A DNA stretch of 64,000 bases from Vicinamibacteria bacterium (GTDB taxonomy: Bacteria; Acidobacteriota; Vicinamibacteria; Fen-336). The notes under the pieces are model-generated. The model was given only the letters and a program-made list of their open reading frames with translations. It searched no databases and was not told the origin of the DNA. The position numbers were made by a program, and so were the translations under genes. Each line of letters opens with the position of its first letter. Position 1 is the first letter of the stretch. The stretch covers positions 3,868 to 67,867 of the forward strand of contig JAFGSN010000052.1 in assembly GCA_016934575.1 (NCBI GenBank), written 5' to 3'. Of the stretch, positions 29,596 to 40,000 are shown piece by piece.

Positions 29596-30261
29596 TCACG
29601 AACGCCAACCGAGCCAGAGCGTGTATTGACCGCATCCACGGATCAATGGCTGGCGGCGAAACGGCCTCTCGATGGCGGCCAGAGCGCCGAACGCCTGAGG
29701 ATGCGACTGCGCCCACGCCGCGTTTTCGGGACCCGGCATGAGCCAGCCAAGGCTGCAATACGGACGCCAGCGAAGCGCGACATCTTGCGACCTCGGCGGG
29801 GCAAGGTAATCCCTTCGTCGAATCCAGCCAAAGCCAACCCTTCGGCTCGGAAGAGTCAGAAGCGCGAAACCGCCCTTCCGCAGAGCGCGCGACAGCCATT
29901 CGCACACCATGGGCAGCGCATCCCGTTCGGGCGCGTCGGGAAACGCATAGGCGGCGTCCAATGAGTCGTGAAGATACGCCAGATCCGCGCCGATCGACGC
30001 TTCGATCTTCCACCGTTCGGCGCCCGGCATGCTCCTCTGCGCTCTGTCTGCCCATTGACGCGTCCGCCCGGAGCCAGCCTCCAGTATGCGGCGGACCGAG
30101 AAGCCGCGCTCCGCGAGATGGAACGCCGTCTCCGCCGTCCCGCCGCCCACATCAACGACGCTGGCTCTCTCCGGCATGAGGCTTATGAGATGTTCCTCGA
30201 ACACGAAGCGATAAAAAGCCATCACCGGATTCGCCGCATCCTGTTTCCGACAGTCCTTCAT
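29596..30261 (-). CDS. Class I SAM-dependent methyltransferase
   Basis: VVDVGGGTAETAFHLAERG glycine-rich SAM motif; start chosen at MKDCRK (ORF open to 30348). Confidence 0.55.
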   Translation of the reverse strand: MKDCRKQDAANPVMAFYRFVFEEHLISLMPERASVVDVGGGTAETAFHLAERGFSVRRILEAGSGRTRQWADRAQRSMPGAERWKIEASIGADLAYLHDSLDAAYAFPDAPERDALPMVCEWLSRALRKGGFALLTLPSRRVGFGWIRRRDYLAPPRSQDVALRWRPYCSLGWLMPGPENAAWAQSHPQAFGALAAIERPFRRQPLIRGCGQYTLWLGWRS

Positions 30262-30428
30262 GCGGACCCCGCTCGCGCAAAGACAACGACAAAAGACAAC
30301 GAAGACGACGATGCGCAGCCTACCATACGCGCGCGATGGCGCTCTCAACGGGCCGGCTGGTTTGACGGCATTTCCGGGCGCGTGATAGTTTGTCTCGTTC
30401 GGCGGAATTGTCCGTCTTTATTCGAACC

Positions 30429-33236
30429 ATGGCCACGAACGACATGAAAGCGACTCTCAACTTGCCGCGCACCGATTTTCCGATGAAGGCCAATCTCTCG
30501 CAAAGCGAGCCGGCACGGCTCGAAAGCTGGAAAGAAAGCGATCTCTACGGCCGGATCGCTCAAGCGCGACGAGGCGCCGCGCCGTTCATGCTGCACGACG
30601 GACCCCCATATGCGAACGGCCACATCCACCTCGGCCATGTCGTGAACAAGGTTCTCAAGGATTTCCTGGTTCGCAGTCGGAGCATGGCGGGCTGTCACGC
30701 TCCGTACATACCCGGTTGGGATTGCCACGGATTGCCCATCGAGCTGCAAGTCGATCGTAATCTGGGCGCCAAGAAAAAGGACTTGTCTCCCGTCGCCTTC
30801 CGCAGGGCCTGCCGTGCTTACGCGGAAAAATTCGTCGGCATTCAGCGAAAGGAATTCGAGCGACTCGGCGTGCTGGGCGAGTGGGATCACGCCTACTTGA
30901 CGATGCACCCCTCCTACCAGGCGGCCATCGTGAGACAACTGGCGGTCTTCATCGAAAAAGGGATGGTCTATCGGGCGAAAAAATCCGTCCACTGGTGCGT
31001 TTCCTGTCGCACGGCGCTGGCGGAAGCCGAAGTCGAGTACGACGAGAATCACTTGAGTCCGTCGATCGACGTGCGATTCCGTCTGGCGAACGAAGAGGCC
31101 GAGCGTCTCGCGTCGCGTCATGAGGCGCTGCGCGGTCGGCGCGTCTTCGCCGTGATCTGGACGACGACCCCCTGGACTCTGCCGGCCAACCTGGCGCTCG
31201 CCGTGCATCCTGATCACGACTACGCCTTTTACGAAATCGCGGACACGGGAGACATCGTGATCGTCGCCGAGCGTCTCCGCGAGGCCGCGTCGGCGCGTTG
31301 GCGCGACGCAGGAGTCGCGCTCACGACGCCGATGCTCTCCCTCAAGGGGCGCGATCTCGAGGGCTGGCGTTTCCGCCATCCCTGGATCGATCGCGATTCT
31401 CCGGTCGTGCTCGCGGAGTACGTGACGCTCGACGCCGGCACCGGCGTTGTTCATACTGCTCCGGGACACGGCTGGGACGACTACCTGACGGGCATGCGCT
31501 ATGCAATGGACATCTACTGCCCCGTCGACGAAGCGGGACGATTCCTGGCCGAAGTCGAACGCTTTGCCGGAATGAAGGTCTTCGACGCGAATCCGGGCAT
31601 CATGGACCTGCTGAAGGAGCGCAACGCGCTCATTCAAGCGTCGGAGGACCGTCATTCGTATCCCATCTGCTGGCGCTGCAAGCATCCCGTGATATTCCGC
31701 GCCACCGAGCAATGGTTCATCGGCCTGGACGCCGCCGGCCTTCGCGACCGGGCGCTGACCGCCGTGAGTCAGGCGCGCTGGTATCCCTCGTGGGGCGAGG
31801 AGCGCATCCGCAACATGATCGCCACGCGTCCCGACTGGTGCATCTCGCGGCAGCGATTGTGGGGCGTGCCGATCCCGGCCTTCTACTGCAAGAGCTGCGG
31901 CGAGACGATACTGACCGCCGCGCTGGCGCGGCGTTCGGCCGACCTTTTCGAGCGCGAGAGCGCCGACGCATGGTATGAACGCGAAGCGGCGGCGATCCTG
32001 CCCCCCGGATTTCAATGCTCGAAGTGCGGCGGAGCGTCTTTCGACAAGGAGAGAGACATTCTCGACGTCTGGTTCGACTCCGGATCATCCTACCCCGCGC
32101 TGCGCGTCTTGCGCCCCGAGCTTCCTCCTCAAGCCGACTGTTATCTCGAGGGCAGCGACCAACATCGCGGCTGGTTTCACTCCTCGCTCCTCATCGGCGT
32201 CGGCACCGTCGGCCGCGCCCCCTTCAAGCAGGCGATCACGCACGGCTTCACGGTCGACGCCGACGGCCGGAAGATGTCGAAGACCGAGGGCAACGTCGTC
32301 GATCCCCAAAAGATCGTGGCCAGTCACGGCGCCGAGATCCTGCGCTTGTGGGTCGCAATGGTCGACTACCGCGAGGACATGCGCATCTCGGATGAGATGA
32401 TCAGGCGGCTTGCCGAGGCTTATCGCAAGATCCGCAACACGTGTCGATATCTGCTCTCCAATCTTTACGATTTCGATCCGTCGTGTGACGCCGTCGGCGA
32501 AGAGCGTTGCGAAGAAATCGATCGCTATGCCCTGGCGCGCCATCGGCAGTTCGCACGCCGCGTGCTTTCGGCCTATGAAGCCTTCGAATTCCACGTCGTC
32601 TATCACCAGCTCGTTCAGTACTGCGCGGTCGATCTGTCCGCGTTCTATCTGGACGTTCTTAAAGACCGCCTCTACTGCGACGCGACGGCCGGATCGAGAC
32701 GACGATCGTCGCAGACCGTCCTCTGGCGCGTCGCGCGCGACTTGGCGCGTCTGATGGCGCCGGTTCTTCCGATCACGGCCGATGAAGTCTTCTCATTCCT
32801 GCCCGGACAGCGGCCGGAATCGGTCCACCTTGATCGTTTTCCCGACGCCGAACCGGTCGACGAAGCTCTGTTGGCGGAATGGCAGGGCCTGCTCGATGTA
32901 CGTTCCGCCGTCACCAAGGCCCTGGAGGAAGCGCGCGCGGAACGTCGCATCGCTTCCAGCCTCGAGGCGCACGTCGCGCTGCGGGGACCCGCCGGCGTTC
33001 TTGCGCCGCTTCGGGCATACGAGAGCCGTTCCACGCTCGCCCCGGGAAATCTGGCATGCCTGTTCATCGTTTCCGGAACGGACTTGCATGACCAAGACGG
33101 CGCGCTCACGATCGAAGTGGCGCGCGCCGCTGGCGAAAAGTGCGAGCGCTGCTGGTCGTATTCGACACGGTTGCGGCGGACGAATTCGTCGGCCGCCGTC
33201 TGCGAGCGTTGCGCCGCCGTCCTGGAGAGCGCATGA
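30429..33236 (+). CDS. ileS: Isoleucine--tRNA ligase
   Basis: ~935 aa; TLNLPRTDFPM N-terminus, HLGH (HIGH) and KMSKT (KMSKS) class I motifs, C-terminal zinc-binding CERCWSY...CERC; start ATG 30429 or 30444. Confidence 0.9.
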   Translation: MATNDMKATLNLPRTDFPMKANLSQSEPARLESWKESDLYGRIAQARRGAAPFMLHDGPPYANGHIHLGHVVNKVLKDFLVRSRSMAGCHAPYIPGWDCHGLPIELQVDRNLGAKKKDLSPVAFRRACRAYAEKFVGIQRKEFERLGVLGEWDHAYLTMHPSYQAAIVRQLAVFIEKGMVYRAKKSVHWCVSCRTALAEAEVEYDENHLSPSIDVRFRLANEEAERLASRHEALRGRRVFAVIWTTTPWTLPANLALAVHPDHDYAFYEIADTGDIVIVAERLREAASARWRDAGVALTTPMLSLKGRDLEGWRFRHPWIDRDSPVVLAEYVTLDAGTGVVHTAPGHGWDDYLTGMRYAMDIYCPVDEAGRFLAEVERFAGMKVFDANPGIMDLLKERNALIQASEDRHSYPICWRCKHPVIFRATEQWFIGLDAAGLRDRALTAVSQARWYPSWGEERIRNMIATRPDWCISRQRLWGVPIPAFYCKSCGETILTAALARRSADLFERESADAWYEREAAAILPPGFQCSKCGGASFDKERDILDVWFDSGSSYPALRVLRPELPPQADCYLEGSDQHRGWFHSSLLIGVGTVGRAPFKQAITHGFTVDADGRKMSKTEGNVVDPQKIVASHGAEILRLWVAMVDYREDMRISDEMIRRLAEAYRKIRNTCRYLLSNLYDFDPSCDAVGEERCEEIDRYALARHRQFARRVLSAYEAFEFHVVYHQLVQYCAVDLSAFYLDVLKDRLYCDATAGSRRRSSQTVLWRVARDLARLMAPVLPITADEVFSFLPGQRPESVHLDRFPDAEPVDEALLAEWQGLLDVRSAVTKALEEARAERRIASSLEAHVALRGPAGVLAPLRAYESRSTLAPGNLACLFIVSGTDLHDQDGALTIEVARAAGEKCERCWSYSTRLRRTNSSAAVCERCAAVLESA

Positions 33237-33775
33237 CGCGCGCGCGACGACGTTTCGCCTTCTACGCCGTCATCGTCGTGAGCGTCTTCGTCGCGGACCA
33301 GATCATCAAGCGAATCGTCGACCGGCTGTTCATGCTGCACGAAAGCCATGAGATCATCCCCGGCATGCTGAATCTCACGCATACCCGCAACTGGGGAGCG
33401 GCGTTCGGTCTGTTTTCGGACCGGACGCTGCCCGCGCAGACCGTCATCCTGACTCTCGTGAGCATGGCGGCGCTCGTCGCCATCTTCCTGTACTTCATTC
33501 GACTTCCCGCCGGCCGCGTTCTGCCCCACGCGGGGCTCTCTCTGGTGCTGGGCGGGGCGCTCGGCAATCTGGCCGACAGAATCCGTGTTGGATACGTGAC
33601 CGACTTCGTGGACGTCTATTGGCGTGAATACCACTGGCCGACGTTCAACGTCGCCGACTCGGCGATCACCATCGGCGTCGGCCTGCTGCTCATCGACATG
33701 CTCCGCGACCGAACGCCGCGAACGACCGAGTCCGGAGCCGTCAATCCCCGCGTCGCCGCGGAAAGGATGGAGTAA
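33233..33775 (+). CDS. lspA: Lipoprotein signal peptidase (signal peptidase II)
   Basis: ATGA overlap with ileS stop; NWGAAFGL and FNVADSAI motifs; 4 TM segments. Confidence 0.85.
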   Translation: MTRARRRFAFYAVIVVSVFVADQIIKRIVDRLFMLHESHEIIPGMLNLTHTRNWGAAFGLFSDRTLPAQTVILTLVSMAALVAIFLYFIRLPAGRVLPHAGLSLVLGGALGNLADRIRVGYVTDFVDVYWREYHWPTFNVADSAITIGVGLLLIDMLRDRTPRTTESGAVNPRVAAERME

Positions 33776-34771
33776 ATGTGGCCCCGTATCTTTTCAGTGC
33801 GCGCCTTTGAGATCCCCGGCTCTCCGATCGGTCTCACGATTCTCCTCGTGGGTTTGGCGCTCGTCGCGCTCGTGTGGTTCGCCGCCCTCTGGATGCGAAA
33901 ACGGAGCGCGAGCGGAGCGCGAGCGATCGAGTACGCCGCATACGCCGCCGCCGCCGTTCTGATCGCGGCATTCCTCCTGCCCGGCCGTCGTCTGGGGCCC
34001 TTCACTCTCCACACATACGGTTTGACGCTCGCCGTCGCGTTCCTTGTCGGGCTCTGGATCGTCGCGCGCCGCGCGCGCAAGGAAGGGCTCGAAGTCGCGC
34101 GGATGACCGACCTGTCGATCTTCATGCTGATCGCGGGCCTGATCGGAGCCAAGCTCTTCATGGTGATCGTCGAGTGGCGCCATTTCTCGCGTCACTTCCA
34201 ATGGCGCGACATCTGGTCGTTGCTGCAGAGCGGGGGCGTCTTCTATGGCGGCCTGCTCGTCGCGCTGCCCGTCGCCTGGTGGTACATGAGGAAACACGGG
34301 CTTCCAACATGGAAAGCGCTGGACGTTCTGGCCCAGGGTCTCGTGCTGGGTCAAGCGATCGGACGCCTGGGCTGCTTCTCCGCGGGCTGCTGTTACGGTC
34401 GCGGCTTTCAAGGCGCCTGGGCAGTGACGTTTCGCGACATCGAGGCATGGCGAACGCTCGGCACTCCGCTGGACACGCCGCTCCATCCGACCCAGCTCTA
34501 CGAATCCGCCGCGGCGCTGCTCATCTTTTTCCTTCTCGTCTGGCTCGCCCCGCGCAAGCGATTCCATGGCCAGATCGCGCTCGTCTACCTTCTCGCCTAT
34601 TCCTCGGCGCGCTTCGTGGTCGAGTTCTTTAGAGGAGATTCTGGAAGGGGCCTGCTCTTCGGCAACGCGCTCTCAACCGCCCAGGTCGTCGGCATCGTGA
34701 TCGTTGTCGTGACGCTGGCGATCATGCCCTATCTCGCCAAGACGCAACGCGTCACCACGCCGGGCGCATGA
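33776..34771 (+). CDS. lgt: Phosphatidylglycerol--prolipoprotein diacylglyceryl transferase
   Basis: Starts directly after lspA TAA; polytopic; Lgt signature region HTYGLTLAVAFLVGLWI and GRLGCFSAGCCYG. Confidence 0.85.
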   Translation: MWPRIFSVRAFEIPGSPIGLTILLVGLALVALVWFAALWMRKRSASGARAIEYAAYAAAAVLIAAFLLPGRRLGPFTLHTYGLTLAVAFLVGLWIVARRARKEGLEVARMTDLSIFMLIAGLIGAKLFMVIVEWRHFSRHFQWRDIWSLLQSGGVFYGGLLVALPVAWWYMRKHGLPTWKALDVLAQGLVLGQAIGRLGCFSAGCCYGRGFQGAWAVTFRDIEAWRTLGTPLDTPLHPTQLYESAAALLIFFLLVWLAPRKRFHGQIALVYLLAYSSARFVVEFFRGDSGRGLLFGNALSTAQVVGIVIVVVTLAIMPYLAKTQRVTTPGA

Positions 34772-34813
34772 CGGCGGCCTCCCGGCCTTGACGGCCGGAT
34801 CGTTCTTCACGTC

Positions 34814-35812
34814 ATGCCGGACGATATCAGAATGCGCGTGGACGCAAGCGGCGCGGACTCCCGTCTCGACTCCTGGCTGGCGCGCGTCATGCCGGAGCAT
34901 TCACGCTCGCGGATAAGGGACTGGATTGAACGGGGATTCGTCACGATCGACGGCGCGCTTCCCCGTCCCGCGACACGACTTCGCTCCGGACAGGCCGTGC
35001 GCGTCACGATGCCGCCGATCTTGGCGGCGGAACCGCTGCCGGAAGCGCTGCCATTGCACATCGTCCATGAGGACGCGAATCTCATCGTGATCGACAAACC
35101 CGCCGGCCTTGTCGTTCATCCGGGCGCCGGCGTTTCAAGCGGCACGCTCGTCAACGCCCTGTTGCATCATGTCCGAGACCTCTCCGGCGTGGGCGGAGTC
35201 TTGCGCCCCGGCATCGTCCACCGTCTCGACCGCGGCACTTCAGGCCTGTTGGTCGTCGCCAAGGACGACGCGACGCATCGCGATCTCGTCCTTCAGTTCT
35301 CGGGTCGGACCGTCGAAAAGAACTATCTGGCCGTGACGCTGGGCGAACCGCGTCCCGCGCGCGGCGTCGTTCAGGCGCCGATCGGGCGCGACGCCGCGCA
35401 TCGTCACAAGATGTCCACGCGCGCGGCGCGCGGGCGTCCGGCGACGACCGAATACGAAACGATCGAGACGTTCGACGGCGCCGCGCTGCTGCGAGTGCGA
35501 TTATTGACCGGACGTACGCATCAGATCCGCGTGCACCTGACCTCGATCGGACATCCCCTGGCCGGCGACGCCGTCTATGGCGGCGGCCGGACGCCGCCCA
35601 CGCGCAACCCCTTGACGCACGAGGCATTGCTGCGTTTCACGCGTCCCGCGCTCCATGCAACGCTGCTCGCTTTCGAGCACCCGTCCCTTCGCCGCCGTCT
35701 GGTCTTTGAAAGTCCGCCTCCGGAAGATCTGGAGCGCTTGATCGACGATCTTCGCGCCGCAAGAAAGGCGGCCCTGGGCGGCCACGCGCGAACCGCTCCG
35801 GCAAACGGCTGA
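34814..35812 (+). CDS. rluD: 23S rRNA pseudouridine synthase, RluA family with N-terminal S4 domain (RluD-like)
   Basis: S4 domain RLDSWLARVM...; catalytic HRLDRGTSGLLVVAK motif. Confidence 0.75.
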   Translation: MPDDIRMRVDASGADSRLDSWLARVMPEHSRSRIRDWIERGFVTIDGALPRPATRLRSGQAVRVTMPPILAAEPLPEALPLHIVHEDANLIVIDKPAGLVVHPGAGVSSGTLVNALLHHVRDLSGVGGVLRPGIVHRLDRGTSGLLVVAKDDATHRDLVLQFSGRTVEKNYLAVTLGEPRPARGVVQAPIGRDAAHRHKMSTRAARGRPATTEYETIETFDGAALLRVRLLTGRTHQIRVHLTSIGHPLAGDAVYGGGRTPPTRNPLTHEALLRFTRPALHATLLAFEHPSLRRRLVFESPPPEDLERLIDDLRAARKAALGGHARTAPANG

Positions 35813-35899
35813 GCCTCATGGCCCGCACCCTGGACGGCCGGCGTCAATCGAGACAGAATCCGTCTTCGGAACGATAATAGTATCGGAGACGAATGGAAA

Positions 35900-36469
35900 A
35901 TGGAGAACCGTTCTTCGCGCCCCAACACGACCGGCGGCGCGCTACGACTCGACTCGCGCACCATCCATGAAGGCAAGGTCTTCTCCGTCGAAGCGGTCGA
36001 GGTTATGGAACCGGGGGAAATTCGATCCATGCGCGAGGTCGTCCGACATCGCGGATCGGCGGCCGTGCTGCCGATTCATGACGACGGCCGCCTGTCGCTT
36101 ATTCGGCAGTACCGCTTCCCCGTTGACGATCGCGTCTGGGAGCTGCCCGCCGGCAGGATTGAACAGGGAGAGACGCCCGCTCAAAGCGCGGCGCGCGAGA
36201 TGGAGGAAGAAATCGGATTGCGGGCCGAATCGATCGAGCCCCTGGTCGTGTATTTTTCGACTCCCGGTTTCTGTGATGAAACGATGCACGTCTTCCGCGC
36301 CACGCGCCTTTCGCGCGTCCCGCCGCGCCCCGAAGTCGACGAAAAAATCGAAGCGCGCGTGTTTTCCCTCGACGAGGCGCGCGCGATGATCGCGCGCGGC
36401 GAGATCCGCGACGGCAAGACCTTGATCGCCCTTCTTCTGGAGAGCGAGCGACAGAGGAGATCGTCATGA
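35900..36469 (+). CDS. NUDIX hydrolase (ADP-ribose pyrophosphatase-like)
   Basis: Nudix box GRIEQGETPAQSAAREMEEEIGL. Confidence 0.75.
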   Translation: MENRSSRPNTTGGALRLDSRTIHEGKVFSVEAVEVMEPGEIRSMREVVRHRGSAAVLPIHDDGRLSLIRQYRFPVDDRVWELPAGRIEQGETPAQSAAREMEEEIGLRAESIEPLVVYFSTPGFCDETMHVFRATRLSRVPPRPEVDEKIEARVFSLDEARAMIARGEIRDGKTLIALLLESERQRRSS

Positions 36470-36966
36470 CCGACCGACGTCATACGCGCAGGCGCACGAT
36501 GTCCAACGTTCGCAGCGGCGTCCTCTCGGTGGGTTCGCGCAAGCACATCGTCGCCGTCGTCGACCTGAGTCCGGAAGGCGCCTTTCTCACGACGCGAGCG
36601 GAGGTCTCGGCCGCGGATGAAATGACGCTCGAGCTGATGCTGCCCCGCCGCAGCCGCGTCGTCCGCCTGCCGTGCCGTCTGGTCTGGCGCAGCGAACGCT
36701 TCGACGCGACCACGGGGCACCCGGCGGGCATCGCGGTCCGCTTCGAGCCGTTGGACGCCGAGACGAATCGACACATCGAAGAATTCGCCCGTACCGGCTT
36801 TAGGCTGTCGGAACAGCCGGCGACGTCGCGTTACGAGTACATCATCATCGAGCGCAAAGACGTCGACGTCGACGAGCTCAACCAGCTCGGCCGCGAAGGA
36901 TGGGCGCTGGTCGCGACGCCCCTGTCACGACGCGGAATGCGACTGGTGCTGATGCGCCCGCTCTGA
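36466..36966 (+). CDS. PilZ domain protein fused to C-terminal DUF4177-like domain
   Basis: ATGA overlap with preceding gene; canonical PilZ motifs RRHTRRR (RxxxR) and DLSPEGAFL (D.S.GG-like); C-terminal YEYIIIER...LNQLGREGWALV resembles DUF4177. Confidence 0.7.
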   Translation: MTDRRHTRRRTMSNVRSGVLSVGSRKHIVAVVDLSPEGAFLTTRAEVSAADEMTLELMLPRRSRVVRLPCRLVWRSERFDATTGHPAGIAVRFEPLDAETNRHIEEFARTGFRLSEQPATSRYEYIIIERKDVDVDELNQLGREGWALVATPLSRRGMRLVLMRPL

Positions 36967-37045
36967 TGCGCGAATCACGCGCCGGATGGGCCGCGGGTCG
37001 GCTCTCGGCCCCCTGGATCCCCTGGAGAGGTCGAATCGATACGCC

Positions 37046-40000
37046 ATGCGTTTGAGATTGTCGCGACGCGCCGGCCTGATCACCGTTCTGTTGTTGGTCT
37101 TCTGTTTGGGCCTGTTCAGCTTCGGATTGTTCCCCCAGGATCCCTTGCGTCGCCTGGCGGAACAAAGACTTCGCGCCGCGGTAGGTCCGCGCTGCCGCAT
37201 CGGTCAGCTTCATGTCATTCCCATCCGCCTGGCCGTCTCGGCCCGTGACGTCGTGCTGGCAAGCGACGGCTTCGAGCTCTCCATCGAACGAGGCAGCGCG
37301 GCACTTTCCCTCGATGCGCTCCTTGGCCGCGCCCTGTCCCTGAGGTCGCTCACTCTGCATCGGCCGCTCCTCCGTCTCAATTCGGCGCCGGCATCCGATG
37401 AAACGCCCCCCTTGGCGCTTCCCCCGATCGTCCTGAAACGCGTTCTGGTCACCGACGGCCGTTTCATTTACGCCGGCGCCAAGGAGCGTTTCGATCTCTC
37501 CGGCATAGAAGTCCGCGGCGGCATGGGAGAGGGCCGGCTCGACGTTCGGGTCCGTCACGGCCAGTTCCTTAAACCGCGTCGGATCGACATCGAGTCACTT
37601 CATGCCCGTCTGATGATCTCGCCGCGATTGGCGCTCGTCATCGAGTCATTCGAAGGCGCGACACGCGGCTCCCGGTTGTCGGTCGACGGCCGCTTGGGAT
37701 CGCTTCTCGACGACTGGAGCCCTGATTTGCGTTTCTCCGGAACGATCGCTCTGGACGAACTATCTCCCCCCGCACCGCAGCTTCATGGCGCCGTCTTCCT
37801 CGAAGGTCGTCTGTCGAAGCGTCAAGACGATCTCGAATGGAACGTCGTTATGAATGGCGCCCGGCTCGATGTCGCCGGCTGGACGATTGATCGCATGCGC
37901 GCATCGCTCAGCCAGTCCTCGGACGCCGGGCTGCGCGCGCGGGCGAAACTCGAAATGTTGAGCGGCGGAATCGACGTTCAGGCGACCATGCGAGAAAAGA
38001 AGTTGATCGCCACGCTCGCCGCGCGCCGCCTGCGTTTCGACCAACGAACGCTTCCCGCGGCCTTCCATCAAGCGGGCGTCGATTTCGACGCATCCGCGAG
38101 AGGCCGTCTCGACGGTCGGCTCACGACTCTGATCAGCGCCCGCGCCACGACGCATATCGGCCGAGACATCGTTGCGAACATCGACGCCGAAAGCTCCGGC
38201 TGGCTGAATCCCACGCGGCAGACGACTGACATGAAGTTCAAGGCCGTGACCGACGCTCGACCGCGTCATGCGTCGGATACGCCCATGTCAATCGTTCGCG
38301 CGACGCTCACGCTGAACGGCCGCGCTGCGGGCGCGCTGAACGATCTCTCCATCGAGAGCGTCCTGGAAGGCCTGGCGACCATCGCGACGCCGTCCGGCGG
38401 TCGTCACGTCGAGATCGCGGGCGAGCTGCGTCGCGTGCATGACCGCCTGACCTCCCGCATCGAAGCGCTGGGCGTCGGCGACGGCGCGCGCCTGGAGCTT
38501 GAAGCGACCGCTGGCCATGTGCGGAACCTCGCGATCAAGGCCGCCAACGTGAATCTGGCGGAGATCCTTCCCGAGTGGAGCGGAAAGGCGGACTGGGTGC
38601 TCGAGGCGTCCGGGCCGCCACAACGCCTCGCGGGTCATTCCCAACTCTCGATCCGTGACGCGTCCTGGCGTTTTCTGGACATCGGATCGGCGACCGCCGC
38701 TTACAAAGGAACGGCGAGCGATGGACGCCTCTCACTACGCGTGCCCGCCTTCAACGTCGCTGGCGACGGCGATCTGCGTCTGGGACGCCGTCCGATCCTG
38801 AACGCTTCGATCTCTTTCGAACGTTTTCCTTTGTCGCCGTTCGCCGCCCTGGTCGAGCGTCCTCTGGAAGGAACGCTCTCCGGCCTCGTCGTCGTCGCTC
38901 TTCCGCTCGATCGCCCCGAGAAGCTGCGCGTGGAGACGCGCCTGTCGGCTCTGAACGCTTCAAGCGAAAGACTCGACGTTCGTCTCGAACGACCGCTTGT
39001 CGTTCGACTCGACGAGACGACGATTGCGATCGACGATCTCGCTCTTCTCGGACCGGCCTTTCTGCTCGAGACGCATGGCGCCTCGAGCCGCCTTGAAAAC
39101 GGCCCCTTGGATCTGTCCGTGAAGCTTTCCGCGGATCTTGCCCGACTGCCGTACCGTTCACGCACGGACCTCGCGGGCGAAGTCGCCGCCGACATTCGCC
39201 TGCGCGGCTCCAGAAAGTCGCCCTCCGCCACGGGCACGATCCTTCTGAGTCGTGTCAACGCCGGCAGCCCGAAGCTCCCGCCGCTTGCGCTGGACTCGGG
39301 ACGTATCACGCTCGACGGCGACGCTTTTCGCTTCGACGACCTCGCCGCCGCGTTCGCGAATGGAACATTGAAACTGCATGGCCGCCTGCCGTTCGAATCC
39401 CTTCGTCCGCGCGACGCTTCTCGCCCGCATTCCGCGGAGGCGGACGTGGATATCGAATGGAGCGGCATCGAAGCCGCGCGGATTCTCGCGTCGCTCGCTC
39501 CTCGCGGCGTCGAGGGCGGCGCGCCTCGAATCAACGCTCGACTTTCAGGACGCCTCCACATCGGCGGCCGGCCGACGAGCCTGGAATCGATACGCGCGCG
39601 CCTGGTCTTCAACGAAACGCCTCTGACTATCGAGGAAGCGGGCGTCGTGATCTCTCAGGCAATCCTGACGATGGATGGCGGCGTCGTCCACACCGACGGC
39701 GTCGCGCTGGACAGCGAGCAAGGCGAGTTCTCCATGCGTGGAGACGTCGATCTGCTTCGACGACGTCTCGACGTCGGCGGCGACGGGGCGCTGAATCTGC
39801 GGATGCTTTCGCCTTTCCTCAGCGATATGGCGTTCGGCGGTCGCGCCGAGGCGCACGTCGCCGTCGGAGGAAGCTTCGACTCTCCCGACATGCGCGGCAG
39901 CGTCGACATCAAGGACGGCTTGCTGCGATTCCGCGAACTGCGCCAGCCGCTCACGGCAATCGACGCAAGATTGCAGTTCGATCGCGCTGCGATCCGATTA

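Noticed and set aside
36986-37045. Upstream ATG (36986) as start of the TamB-TamA fusion gene
   Set aside because: The first 20 codons (MGRGSALGPLDPLERSNRYA) precede the signal-anchor. ATG 37046 has a GGAGAGG upstream and starts directly at MRLRLSRRAGLITVLLLVF. Both remain possible, and the call does not affect the fusion finding.
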